From Candidatus Aenigmatarchaeota archaeon (lineage in GTDB: Archaea > Aenigmatarchaeota > Aenigmatarchaeia > GW2011-AR5 > JACRMX01), in NCBI GenBank assembly GCA_016219485.1, contig JACRMX010000003.1, positions 1-49,906 on the forward strand: DNA of 49,906 bases, read 5' to 3'. Below, one piece after another: positions 17,289 to 27,139 of this stretch (position 1 is the stretch's first letter; every line of letters starts with the position of its first letter). The position numbers and the translations under genes were made by a program. Below the pieces are notes generated by a model. That model was not told where the DNA came from, did no database searches, and worked only from the letters and a program-made list of their open reading frames with translations.

Positions 17289-18158
17289 ATGTACAAAAAA
17301 ATGGTAAGGCGGTTTTCCAGATTTGGGCTGAAATACTTTTCAAACTACATGAGCCCGCTCAAGGAGGAAATAAAGCAATCAGACATAGGCACTGTGTATG
17401 AAATTTATGTCGGAAAAATGTTTTTCTTTTCCTTGATCTCCTCTATCCTTATATTTATTTACGCTATTGCTATCTTCACGCTTATCGGCAGGTTTAGCCT
17501 GCTTATCTCTTCAGTCTCCGGCCTGCTGATGGCTGTGATATCATTTTTTGCGATACTGACTATTTTCCACTCATACCCGTTCCATCTCTCAGCCAACAAA
17601 AAATTGAGCATAGATTCCAACCTGCCTTTTGCGATGAATCACGCAGCAGCTATCGCAGCAAGCGGCGCACCGCCTTCTGTCTTATTCAGGCTGCTCATGG
17701 CAGTGCCTGAATACGGACAGATTTCAAAAGAGTCCGGCAAAATAATAAGAAACATAACAGTTTTTGGCATGGACACAGTCTCTGCGATAAGGGATGTTGC
17801 TGACAGGACGCCGTCAACCGAGTTTCGCCAGTACCTTTATGGAATAATTTCAACCATAGAAACCGGCGGCGACCTGAAATCTTATCTGGAGGGCACTGCA
17901 AAAGATGCGCTGTTCGCTTACGAGCTTAAGAGGGAGAGATTTTTGAATACATTAACCACATATGCTGATTTTTATACCAGTGTACTTATAGCAGCGCCTC
18001 TGTTTTTCGTATCCATTTTATCGATGATGTCACTCGTAGGAGGCCAGGTACTTGGCATGGACATAACAACTGCAATGAGACTGGGCATATATCTGGTAAT
18101 TCCACTGCTGAATATAGGGTTCATTTTATTCGTGCACTATACCCAACCTTCGGTGTAA
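17289..18158 (+). CDS. TadC/FlaJ-like polytopic membrane platform protein (T2SS-F domain)
   Basis: Immediately follows the ATPase. Has an N-terminal TM pair, a cytoplasmic helical domain and C-terminal TMs, which is the typical architecture. Confidence 0.65.
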   Translation: MYKKMVRRFSRFGLKYFSNYMSPLKEEIKQSDIGTVYEIYVGKMFFFSLISSILIFIYAIAIFTLIGRFSLLISSVSGLLMAVISFFAILTIFHSYPFHLSANKKLSIDSNLPFAMNHAAAIAASGAPPSVLFRLLMAVPEYGQISKESGKIIRNITVFGMDTVSAIRDVADRTPSTEFRQYLYGIISTIETGGDLKSYLEGTAKDALFAYELKRERFLNTLTTYADFYTSVLIAAPLFFVSILSMMSLVGGQVLGMDITTAMRLGIYLVIPLLNIGFILFVHYTQPSV

Positions 18159-18161
18159 AAA

Positions 18162-18950
18162 ATGAAAATGAGAACAATTACGCTTTTGAGCATTGCTGCG
18201 GGAAGCATTATATTTATAATAAACTACCGGTTTTTTCAGCACTACGAGCATATTTTCATGGCTTTAAACATAGTGGCAATACTGATAGCGCTGGTACTTC
18301 CGCTGGGAATGAAGTATGAGCAGTTCAGCAGGATTAAAAAGATTGAAACGCTTTTCCCTATTTTTCTGAGGGACATAACAGATAATATCAAAAGCGGCAT
18401 GACCCTGCCGCAGGCGATAAGGGCGTCAACATCAAACAACTATGGCGTGCTTACGAATCATGTCAAGGAGCTGAGCGCAAAGATAGAATGGGGCATATCA
18501 TTTGAAAATGCCCTGAACAATTTTGCAGAAAGGGTGGGAAGCAACGTTATAAAAAGGACTGTGCAGTCCATAATAGAAGCGCACGAGTCAGGCGGCACCA
18601 TTGACAGCGTACTTGAAGTTGTTGCTTCTTCTGTGCAGGAAATAGAAAAAATAAACAAAAAGAGGGCAACAAGAATCTATTCCCAGATGCTGAACGGCTA
18701 TTTCATATACTTCATATTTCTCGGTGTAATGTATGCCATGACACATTTTCTGCTGCCAGCGTTTCAGTTCGCGGGGTCGCAGGCAGGGATACAGGAAATA
18801 TTCAACGAAATGTTCAGAAACCTTGTCGTGATTCAGGGTATTTTCGCAGGCCTGGCAATAGGCAAAATGGCTGAAGGCACTATAACAGCAGGGTTCAAAC
18901 ACTCGTTCTTTCTTGTTGTAATGGGATATTCTGTGTTAACGCTGTTGTGA
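18162..18950 (+). CDS. Second TadB/TadC/FlaJ-like membrane platform protein
   Basis: Same architecture as the preceding gene and 3 nt downstream of it. The soluble domain has a GMTLPQAIRA motif similar to T2SS-F. Confidence 0.65.
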   Translation: MKMRTITLLSIAAGSIIFIINYRFFQHYEHIFMALNIVAILIALVLPLGMKYEQFSRIKKIETLFPIFLRDITDNIKSGMTLPQAIRASTSNNYGVLTNHVKELSAKIEWGISFENALNNFAERVGSNVIKRTVQSIIEAHESGGTIDSVLEVVASSVQEIEKINKKRATRIYSQMLNGYFIYFIFLGVMYAMTHFLLPAFQFAGSQAGIQEIFNEMFRNLVVIQGIFAGLAIGKMAEGTITAGFKHSFFLVVMGYSVLTLL

Positions 18951-19034
18951 CCTGAGCTTTAAATAGCGTGAGAAATAATAGTATATCATTGATAATCACT
19001 TAAGTGATTATCATATAAATGATTAAATGATTCT

Positions 19035-19640
19035 ATGGATCATGATGCATGTGAGGGTGTAATAGAAAAATGGCTCGTTGAAAAAGGCTATGCGTGCTTT
19101 AACAATGCATCGATAGGTGGAAAATTTCCTGATATTGTAGCCTTGAAGGATGGGAAACTGATAGCAGTAGAAGTTAAGAACAATGCTCTTGAGATTCCCG
19201 TTGCATTGGGGCAGTGCTTATTCTATCTGGTCGAGGCAAATGAAGCATACATAGCTATACCCTATCAAGAACACGCTCTTATTTCTGATGGTACATTGGA
19301 GGTGTTGAAATCAAACAGCATAGGATTACTGGGATGCAGCAAAAGTGATGTTAAAATAATTTTGAAGGGGGATTTTAAAAGAAAAAATAATTCTGCGTTT
19401 ATTGATTCGCTACGCAACCGAACGCAAAAAAACAGGACAAAAATAAAAAATAGCCAAGAATTTATGAAAAAAATTAAAAGGGCACTATTAAAACAACCAA
19501 TGACCGTGGAAGAAATAAGCAGATGCTTCAATATAAACAGAGCCACTGCTTCCAAGTACCTTGCTGTCATGGAAATGGGTGGATTAATCAAATGCAGGAT
19601 GATTGGAAATGCAAAGCTGTTTTCGGTGGTGAAGAAATGA
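19035..19640 (+). CDS. PD-(D/E)xK nuclease-fold domain fused to a C-terminal winged-HTH
   Basis: The N-terminal part has PDIVAL...IAVEVK (D...ExK). The C-terminal part has TVEEISRCFNINRATASKYLAVMEMGGLI, an ArsR/MarR-like wHTH. Confidence 0.55.
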   Translation: MDHDACEGVIEKWLVEKGYACFNNASIGGKFPDIVALKDGKLIAVEVKNNALEIPVALGQCLFYLVEANEAYIAIPYQEHALISDGTLEVLKSNSIGLLGCSKSDVKIILKGDFKRKNNSAFIDSLRNRTQKNRTKIKNSQEFMKKIKRALLKQPMTVEEISRCFNINRATASKYLAVMEMGGLIKCRMIGNAKLFSVVKK

Positions 19641-19647
19641 AAACTGA

Positions 19648-19881
19648 GAGTTTTGAAAAACCATCAGCTCGTGGACAACTGAATAGGTATGAGAAAAAGT
19701 TAGAAACTTTTTCTATGTTGGGCTATGCCCGACACATGGAAATCCTATGGATTTCCAATGTACATGGAAAAGGCTGTGCCTTTTCCAATGTTTTGTCAGA
19801 ACGTTTTTTTTCTGCTTTCCCCTCGATATTCAGGAAGAAAGAGAAAAAACCGATTTTAATAAAGAGTTTTTCAAAGTCCTC
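19648..19881. mobile_element. MITE-like member of the hairpin family with terminal inverted repeats
   Basis: The left end is GAGTTTTGAAAAACC. The reverse complement of the right end is GAGGACTTTGAAAAAC. It has the same architecture as 37487-37728 (TIR, variable hairpins, big TTTTTTCTGCTTTCCC hairpin, TIR). Confidence 0.7.
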
Positions 19882-22210
19882 AATCTTTATTATTATAATT
19901 TTAATGCTGGTGCTGCTAAGCGGGTGCATAGAGACAGGGCATCCGATAGTAGAAATAGACGTAAAGTATGGAAAACACAAAATATATGGCGAAAATAACA
20001 ACGTAGTTGCTACCTATGAAATTAAAAAGGGTAAAAACGGAGACGATGTAGAAATATACGCAGAGAATTATGGTCATGTCAAAATAAACGGGATGAAAGG
20101 AAATCCTAAAAAAATGCATGTACAAGCAGGGCTTGCTGATTTTAATACACCAATAATAGCAGTCAACGAATCTGTGACATTTGAAAAAGCCGAGATAACT
20201 CTGATGAAAACAGGGTTTGTAAACAAAATATTTTATTGTTCCGGATGGAATATGGAACAATTTAGTTGTTCAGAATGGGTAAAAACCAACCTAAGTCTTG
20301 TTGCCAATAGCACGCACATTGTTTTCACTGTAGACCATTTCACAGCCTATGCCGGCGGTGTTGGTTACGAGTCAAACCTGACTGTATGGGATGATAGCGA
20401 TGAAAAAGCTGTAGGCGAGAACCAGAATGTTTATTTCTATGCAAACTTCACTAATGCGACGTCTGGTAAACCGATAAATGGAACAGGTGTGAACTGTTCG
20501 ATTGCATTCGGTGAACAAAAAGAAATGCGATGGAATGCCACCTCTTTGTTGCACGAATACAACACGTCGTTCTCTGCCCCAGGAACATTTAGCTGGAATG
20601 TTACGTGCAATGGAACATCTTTGGGTTATGATTTTTTGAATACCACTGATACCGTCCTGATATTGGACACAACCAACCCTGTTGTAAATATACAGCTGCC
20701 GCTGAATGCAACTAATATGACAACTCAGGGCATAAATTTTACAGCAACAGATAACGTAGCTGTAGACAAATGCTGGTATTCACTGGGTGCTGGAAATACA
20801 AGCCTGTCAAATTGCGCAAATATTTCTTCTATAACAGGCGAGCAGCAGGGCTTCAACAGGCTGCGTGTCTATGCAAATGATACAACTGGTAACATAGGCA
20901 TGAACGAAATTAACTATACACTAGATTCCAAGGGCCCTGTAATAAAAGATTTGACTGAAATGCCAACAGATCCAGCAGAGTATTTAGCATCACAATTCTA
21001 CGAATTCAATGCAACAATAACAGATGCGCAGAGGGCAGTCAGCAGCGTGTGGATTGAATGGAATGGCACAAACTACACCAGCATCTATAACACCGGAAGC
21101 ATATACTCTTTCAACAGGTCTAATCTTCCCATTGCATCACATAGTTATAAATGGTATGCAAATGACAGCCTTGGAAATGTAAATGTAACTGCGTTACAAA
21201 CATATATAGTAAGGGATACTACGCCACCTTTTGTTGCCATACAGCTGCCGCAGAATAGATCATATACAAACATGACGATGAATTTCACAGCTGTTGACCA
21301 GGCTTTTGGAGTATGCTGGTATTCGCTGAACAGGGGCACAACAAACACCAGCCTGCCCAGCTGCAGCAATCTTTCATCAATCGGAACAGAAGGTTTCAAT
21401 GAGCTGTGGTTATGGGCAAATGATACGACAGGAAATGAAAACGTCGCTAAAATAAATTTCACAAAAGACCTCACTGGGCCATTTATATTGCTGGGAAATC
21501 CTGCTAACAACAGCTGGTCAGCCTCATCGTCAAATACATTCTACTATACACCATATGATAATAGTACCATAGCAAATTGTACGCTTGTTATTGATAGCGC
21601 ATATAACCAATCGAATGCAAGTGCAGTTTCAAAAGGCACTGCAAATACCATGGCAGCAGGGCTGGCAGACGGAACGCACCTATGGACAGTAAACTGTACA
21701 GATGAGCTTGGAAATCAGGGCACAAACACGACAGCAAAAACCATCAATATAGATACGATAACACCAGTCGTGCAGATAGTGTACCCGCAAAACGCCACTT
21801 ATACGACTACATCCTTGCATCTGAACTTCACCTTCACGGAGCAGAACAGAGACAGCTGCTGGTACAGCCTTAACAATGGTGCCAATACGACCATCACCGG
21901 ATGCGCCAATGGCACAGCAATAACAGCTATGCATGGGCATAACAACATAACGCTATGGATGAATGATTCTGCCGGCAACACAGGCTCTGGCAGCGTTTTT
22001 TTTGTGCAAAATAATGCTCCAGGCATAGTTAACCAGAATGCGACATCTGGCGCAACAGGCGTGATAAGTAATGCAACAAACCCGACCAATAACAATACAT
22101 TTGTGAGGTTTACAGCAGAATATTCAGACGCGGACAGCGATAATGCAACAGTTTACATATGCAAACAGGATGATGGCAACCGCTATGGGTGCGGCCAAAT
22201 GGAACAATAA
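19736..22210 (+). CDS. Giant surface adhesin-like glycoprotein, N-terminal part (reading frame broken at about 22195)
   Basis: Signal or lipobox-like segment KKEKKPILIKSFSKSSIFIIIILMLVLLSGC, followed by three approximately 90-aa Ig-like modules (DTTNPVV...CWYSL...ANDTTGN). N-x-S/T sequons are very dense. The start is uncertain (ATG at 19637, 19715, 19736 or 19904). The ORF-track start 19523 overlaps the upstream gene and is rejected. Confidence 0.7.
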   Translation: MEILWISNVHGKGCAFSNVLSERFFSAFPSIFRKKEKKPILIKSFSKSSIFIIIILMLVLLSGCIETGHPIVEIDVKYGKHKIYGENNNVVATYEIKKGKNGDDVEIYAENYGHVKINGMKGNPKKMHVQAGLADFNTPIIAVNESVTFEKAEITLMKTGFVNKIFYCSGWNMEQFSCSEWVKTNLSLVANSTHIVFTVDHFTAYAGGVGYESNLTVWDDSDEKAVGENQNVYFYANFTNATSGKPINGTGVNCSIAFGEQKEMRWNATSLLHEYNTSFSAPGTFSWNVTCNGTSLGYDFLNTTDTVLILDTTNPVVNIQLPLNATNMTTQGINFTATDNVAVDKCWYSLGAGNTSLSNCANISSITGEQQGFNRLRVYANDTTGNIGMNEINYTLDSKGPVIKDLTEMPTDPAEYLASQFYEFNATITDAQRAVSSVWIEWNGTNYTSIYNTGSIYSFNRSNLPIASHSYKWYANDSLGNVNVTALQTYIVRDTTPPFVAIQLPQNRSYTNMTMNFTAVDQAFGVCWYSLNRGTTNTSLPSCSNLSSIGTEGFNELWLWANDTTGNENVAKINFTKDLTGPFILLGNPANNSWSASSSNTFYYTPYDNSTIANCTLVIDSAYNQSNASAVSKGTANTMAAGLADGTHLWTVNCTDELGNQGTNTTAKTINIDTITPVVQIVYPQNATYTTTSLHLNFTFTEQNRDSCWYSLNNGANTTITGCANGTAITAMHGHNNITLWMNDSAGNTGSGSVFFVQNNAPGIVNQNATSGATGVISNATNPTNNNTFVRFTAEYSDADSDNATVYICKQDDGNRYGCGQMEQ

Positions 22211-25200
22211 CAGATGACAGCAGCGATACAGTAACGCTGTCATACAAATGGTACAAAAACAGCGCAGAAATAGCTGGCCAAACACAGTGGAATCTTACAG
22301 GCTCATCGTTCAATCATTATGACAACATAACCTGCGAAATAATGCCAACAGACAACCATAATTATGCTGGTGCTGCCAGGAACTCAACAACCATCCAGAT
22401 TAAAAACTCTCCGCCTGTTGTGTCCATAGGCAACACATTTACAGACTATACAACACAGCACGCATTCAATGTAACAGCAACTGCAACAGACGCAGACGGG
22501 CTAGCTGATATAACGTCGTGTAAAATCTGGCGAAGAACCGGCAGTGACGCTTACGTTTCTGAAGCAGGTGAAATTTCCAGCGGCAACTGTATTGCAAAAA
22601 TAGACACGACTGATAGCGATGGCAGCGGTGCATTCGCTGTAAATGACAACATCAGCATAATGGTAGAATTTTTTGATGCATCAGACAGTACAAACACAAC
22701 TGCCTCTTTGCATGCTATACCAAACCAGCCACCTTCTGCCAGTAACGGCGATGTTTTACCAAGCAGCCCGAATACAACACAAACACTGACATGCTCATAT
22801 ACGTTTTCTGATCTAGAAGGCGATGCTGATAACTCAACATTCAAATGGTATAAAGACAATGTTGTCCAGGCAGGATTAAATTCAGCAACAGTTTCTGGCA
22901 GCTATACAACAGAGGGCGAGACATGGAAATGCGAAATAGCTCCTATTGACCAGTATGGCGGCACAGGCAGTGCTATAAACTCAACAAACGAAACAATAGT
23001 AAACAGCCCGCCAACCATATCCATAGGCAACACGTTCACAGACTACACAACCGAGCACGCATTCAATGTTACAGCAACTGCTTCTGATGCAGACGGACTG
23101 ACGGACATAACGTCATGCAAAGTGTGGCGAAGAACAGGCAGCGATGCCCATGTTTCCGAGTCTGGCATATACATCTCAGCAACTGGAAACTGTACAGCAA
23201 AGATTAATACGTCAGACAGCGATGGCGGCGGAACATTTGCTGTATACGATAGTGTGGATATAAAAGTGGAATTCTTTGATGAAGCTGAGAGCGTGAATAC
23301 ATCCTCATCATCGAATAGTATACCAAACAGGGCGCCTGAAACCAGTACGCCAGCACTCGTGCCTGCTACAGTATACAAAAATACAGCAAACATAACATGT
23401 GCAAACACAACAACAACAGATGCAGACAGCGATAACGTAACATTTCATTACAAATGGTTCAACAATAGCGCTGTGATAACAGGCGCAATAACCAATTATC
23501 TTACCAATGACAGCTATGCGCACTTCAATAATATAACATGCCAGATAATGCCTGATGACAGCTACATCAATGGCAGTGCCAGAAATGTATCTGTTGTGAT
23601 AACAAACACGCCGCCAGCTGTTGCCTCGTCAGAGATTGTGCCTGCTGTGGCTTACGAGACCACTGTTTTGAACTGTACCAATGGCAGCGTAAGCGATATT
23701 GACAGCGATGTAGTAACGCTGCTGTACAAATGGTACAAGAATAGTGCTGTGATATCAGGCCAGACACAATGGAATCTGACTGGAACGTACTTTAACCATT
23801 TTGACAATGTGACATGCCAAATAACGCCTTATGATGGATATGACAGCGGAACGCCTGTCAATGCAACTGCTGTGCAGATACTGAACACAGTGCCAGCAAT
23901 AAGCAATGTTGCTGTTACGCCAAGCATAGCGTATACAAATGACACGCTGACATGTAGTGGAACATTTGCAGATGTGGACAGCGATACAGAGGCTGGCTCA
24001 ACATTCAAATGGTACAGGAATGGAACTGTAATTGACGGCCAGACGAACAGGCAGCTTAATGCTTATGTCATACGCAAGCATGAAAATGTAAGTTGTGAGT
24101 ACAGGCCAAAGGACGGTTATGATTTTGGCAGTGCTGCGAACAGCACTATGGTAACTATACTGAACGCCAAGCCTATTGTATCGTCTGTTTCAATTCTGCC
24201 TTCGCCTGCCTACGAGAATTCTGTGTTAAATTGTACAAATGGCACAGTAACAGACAGGGATAATGATACGATAACGCTATTCTACAAGTGGTACAGGAAC
24301 GGAAGCGAAATAGGACAGGTCGCGTGGAACTTGACAGGCACATATTTCAACCACTTCGATAATGTAACATGCCAGATTACACCATACGATAATGACGAGA
24401 ATGGGACAGCTATAAATTCCAGCACCCTGCAAATATCAAACACACCGCCAACGCTGGATTCAGCATCTATTGTTCCAGCTACTGCTTACGAAACTTCTGT
24501 TTTGAACTGTACCAATGGCTCGACGAGTGACGTGGATGCTGACAGCGTAACGCTGCTGTACAAATGGTACAAAAACAGCATTGTCATAAGCGGCCAGACA
24601 CAATGGAATCTGACTGGAACGTACTTTAATCATTTTGACAATGTGACATGCCAAATAACGCCTTATGATGGCTATGACAGCGGAACGCCTGTCAATGCAT
24701 CAGCTGTGTCAATACTTAATACACCGCCTGTGATAGCTAACGTTGCTGTTACGCCAAGCATTGCGTATACAAATGATACGCTGACATGCGACGGGACGTT
24801 TACAGATGTGGACAGCGATGCAGAGGCTGGCTCGATGTTCAAATGGTACAGGAACGGAACTGTAATTGACGGCCAGACGAACAGGCAGCTTAGCGCTTAT
24901 GTCATACGCAAGCATGAAAATGTAAGCTGTGAGTACAGGCCAAAGGACGGTTATGATTTTGGCAGTGCTGCGAACAGCACTATGGTAACTATACTAAATG
25001 CTAAGCCCATCACTACGTTAACAAATATAACGCCAAAAATTGCGTATGAAACCTCGGTGCTAAACTGCACAAATGGTACAATAATAGACAGGGATAATGA
25101 TACGATAACGCTATTCTACAAGTGGTACAGGAACGGAAGCGAAATAGGACAGGTCGCGTGGAATTTGACAGGCACATATTTCAACCACTTCGACAACATC

Positions 25201-26418
25201 ACATGCCAGATTATGCCGTACGATACAGAAGAAAATGGAACATCTGCAAATGATACAATAGAAATACAAAACAGCCTGCCTGTCATTTATTTCATAAATG
25301 TAACCCCGTCTGCAGACGGGTGGGGCGAAACCTTCACGTTCATTACGAATGTCAGCGATGTAGACAATGATAGCGTAAACATATCGCTCTGGCTTTCATC
25401 AAATAATGCAACATGGTCATATGACCGGACAACAAACTGCACATCATGCCTTCAGAAAACTAAAATAAATATTACAAAGACTGATTTCACATGTTCCAAC
25501 ATAGGTCAAAACTTCTTCAGAATTAATGCAACAGATGAATATGGTGCTACAAATATCTCATGGAGTGCAAACTTTACACTGCTCAAAAGCACGCTAAATC
25601 AGGGTAATATGGTAATAACACAGGGCGACGGCACACGCGTAGGTACAAGAGGCACTGAAAGTACGCACATAACTGTATCCATATATGATTCAAAAAGAAA
25701 TATATTTGTAACATCAGGCGTACGAGGCAGAATATGGGTAATGAAGAATAGTACGCTGTGGAACACCGGACAGCCGTGCACAACAACCAGCAATGGCAAT
25801 TGTACCATAACATTCGACCCGGACTGCACCTATCAGGGTGATGCAAGAGAATTCAGGGGCGGAATATACAATGACACGTGTTATTTTGATGTTAATTCCA
25901 CAACAGGCCATATAATAATAGACCCTGGCGTGGAATGCATGCATGAAATAACCTTCGTACTTGAGCTGAATATAAGCGGAACAGAAGATGACGTATTCAG
26001 AACATCGGCAGGAACTGGTGATGCCTTTTTCATATCAGGGGAAACCACCCAGTACTATATATGCGTAGAAGATGCTGCAATAGAAAAAATTCCTGTATTC
26101 GGCATCGTATTCTCCGGGGATGATTTTAGTACGCTGAACATAAGCTCGCGTAAGATGCAAATGTCCCAGTATCAGGCAGGGAACATGTTCATAATGCCTG
26201 TAACCTATGGTGGCTGCAGCGCAATACAGAGAAAAATAGACCTGATAAAAAACAACAGGTTTCTTACGCAGCCATATGCGTGGTTTAATGACAATACATA
26301 CCCGCTGGAGATTTCGCTTGACTATCCGGTAAATATAAGAGGCGAAGAGTCGCTGAAGGGAAGCTTCATATTGACACTTGAAAAAAATGGAAGCACGATA
26401 GACGCCAAAGTGAGGTGA
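22189..26418 (+). CDS. Giant surface adhesin-like glycoprotein, C-terminal part (1,409 aa)
   Basis: At least nine modules share the C-x-NG-x3-D-x-D-x-D-x2-T-x2-YKWY-x-N...DN(V/I)(T/S)C pattern, and sequons are dense. It continues the module that begins in the upstream frame. Confidence 0.8.
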   Translation: MRPNGTITDDSSDTVTLSYKWYKNSAEIAGQTQWNLTGSSFNHYDNITCEIMPTDNHNYAGAARNSTTIQIKNSPPVVSIGNTFTDYTTQHAFNVTATATDADGLADITSCKIWRRTGSDAYVSEAGEISSGNCIAKIDTTDSDGSGAFAVNDNISIMVEFFDASDSTNTTASLHAIPNQPPSASNGDVLPSSPNTTQTLTCSYTFSDLEGDADNSTFKWYKDNVVQAGLNSATVSGSYTTEGETWKCEIAPIDQYGGTGSAINSTNETIVNSPPTISIGNTFTDYTTEHAFNVTATASDADGLTDITSCKVWRRTGSDAHVSESGIYISATGNCTAKINTSDSDGGGTFAVYDSVDIKVEFFDEAESVNTSSSSNSIPNRAPETSTPALVPATVYKNTANITCANTTTTDADSDNVTFHYKWFNNSAVITGAITNYLTNDSYAHFNNITCQIMPDDSYINGSARNVSVVITNTPPAVASSEIVPAVAYETTVLNCTNGSVSDIDSDVVTLLYKWYKNSAVISGQTQWNLTGTYFNHFDNVTCQITPYDGYDSGTPVNATAVQILNTVPAISNVAVTPSIAYTNDTLTCSGTFADVDSDTEAGSTFKWYRNGTVIDGQTNRQLNAYVIRKHENVSCEYRPKDGYDFGSAANSTMVTILNAKPIVSSVSILPSPAYENSVLNCTNGTVTDRDNDTITLFYKWYRNGSEIGQVAWNLTGTYFNHFDNVTCQITPYDNDENGTAINSSTLQISNTPPTLDSASIVPATAYETSVLNCTNGSTSDVDADSVTLLYKWYKNSIVISGQTQWNLTGTYFNHFDNVTCQITPYDGYDSGTPVNASAVSILNTPPVIANVAVTPSIAYTNDTLTCDGTFTDVDSDAEAGSMFKWYRNGTVIDGQTNRQLSAYVIRKHENVSCEYRPKDGYDFGSAANSTMVTILNAKPITTLTNITPKIAYETSVLNCTNGTIIDRDNDTITLFYKWYRNGSEIGQVAWNLTGTYFNHFDNITCQIMPYDTEENGTSANDTIEIQNSLPVIYFINVTPSADGWGETFTFITNVSDVDNDSVNISLWLSSNNATWSYDRTTNCTSCLQKTKINITKTDFTCSNIGQNFFRINATDEYGATNISWSANFTLLKSTLNQGNMVITQGDGTRVGTRGTESTHITVSIYDSKRNIFVTSGVRGRIWVMKNSTLWNTGQPCTTTSNGNCTITFDPDCTYQGDAREFRGGIYNDTCYFDVNSTTGHIIIDPGVECMHEITFVLELNISGTEDDVFRTSAGTGDAFFISGETTQYYICVEDAAIEKIPVFGIVFSGDDFSTLNISSRKMQMSQYQAGNMFIMPVTYGGCSAIQRKIDLIKNNRFLTQPYAWFNDNTYPLEISLDYPVNIRGEESLKGSFILTLEKNGSTIDAKVR
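23611..25278 (+). repeat. Tandem duplication of an 834-bp (278-aa, three-module) unit inside the adhesin gene
   Basis: Unit 1 is 23611-24444 and unit 2 is 24445-25278. Long runs are identical, for example ggccagacgaacaggcagctta and gtacaggccaaaggacggttatgattttggcagtgctgcgaacagcactatggtaactatact. Confidence 0.85.
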
Positions 26419-26427
26419 AACAAGAAC

Positions 26428-27135
26428 ATGAATCCTATAATTGGTGCTGTAGTAGCAATAGCGGTAGTTGTGGCTTCAACTGTAATGGTAATGAATACGA
26501 TAACTGATGTTGTCAGGGAAGGCAGCGATGCCAGCAAATTCAACATGGCAAAGCAGCTTATGTCATCCGTGGATATGAATGTAAGGGAGCTTATGTACGA
26601 ATCAACAGGAGCCAAGAGGGTCATCAAGCTTGAAGCCAGAGACGGCATGTTTATAGTGTCTGAAAAAGAGGATAAAATAAAATACCAGCTCAGCCCTGAT
26701 ATAAAAATATACGAGCCAGGCACAAGATTCAGGGAGGGAAACATGATAATATCAAGCGGGCCTTTCATGGATGCATACGAATCTGACATAGACGGAAACA
26801 ATGAATCAGACCTCGTGCTTGAGAATGACGTTGTGCTGTTCGCAATAAGAAAAATAGGAAATGCAACGCATTTTGATGAGCTCAATACCACGACTATTAT
26901 AGCGCTCATAAGGAACAAAAAAACAGGCACAGACGCTGTGCCAAAAAGCGGCATATTCATAGACGGAACCAGCTCATATGGAAACGGGTATACAGAGCTG
27001 GTGAGAAGTGGCGATGCGCTTATGTCATCTGGCGTACGTGTTGTTATGAATTCAACATATGACTATGAAGCTGTATTTACGCTTGGCGCAGGCAGAGACT
27101 TCATAGAAATGGAGGTAAGACATATATCTGGGTGA
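26428..27135 (+). CDS. Pilin_N-type pilin-like protein (paralog of 29899-30588)
   Basis: The N-terminus is MNPIIGAVVAIAVVVASTVMV. The C-terminal YTELVRSGDAL...FTLGAGRDFIEMEVRHI matches YTELVSQGRSL...YTLYAGADFLDIEIRNV in the paralog. Confidence 0.65.
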   Translation: MNPIIGAVVAIAVVVASTVMVMNTITDVVREGSDASKFNMAKQLMSSVDMNVRELMYESTGAKRVIKLEARDGMFIVSEKEDKIKYQLSPDIKIYEPGTRFREGNMIISSGPFMDAYESDIDGNNESDLVLENDVVLFAIRKIGNATHFDELNTTTIIALIRNKKTGTDAVPKSGIFIDGTSSYGNGYTELVRSGDALMSSGVRVVMNSTYDYEAVFTLGAGRDFIEMEVRHISG

Positions 27136-27139
27136 TATA

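Noticed and set aside
19523-19640. The ORF-track start of the adhesin gene at 19523.
   Set aside because: This stretch overlaps the 3' end of the nuclease-wHTH gene in another frame, and it then runs through a repeat element that is non-coding at its other loci. It is an open-frame artefact.
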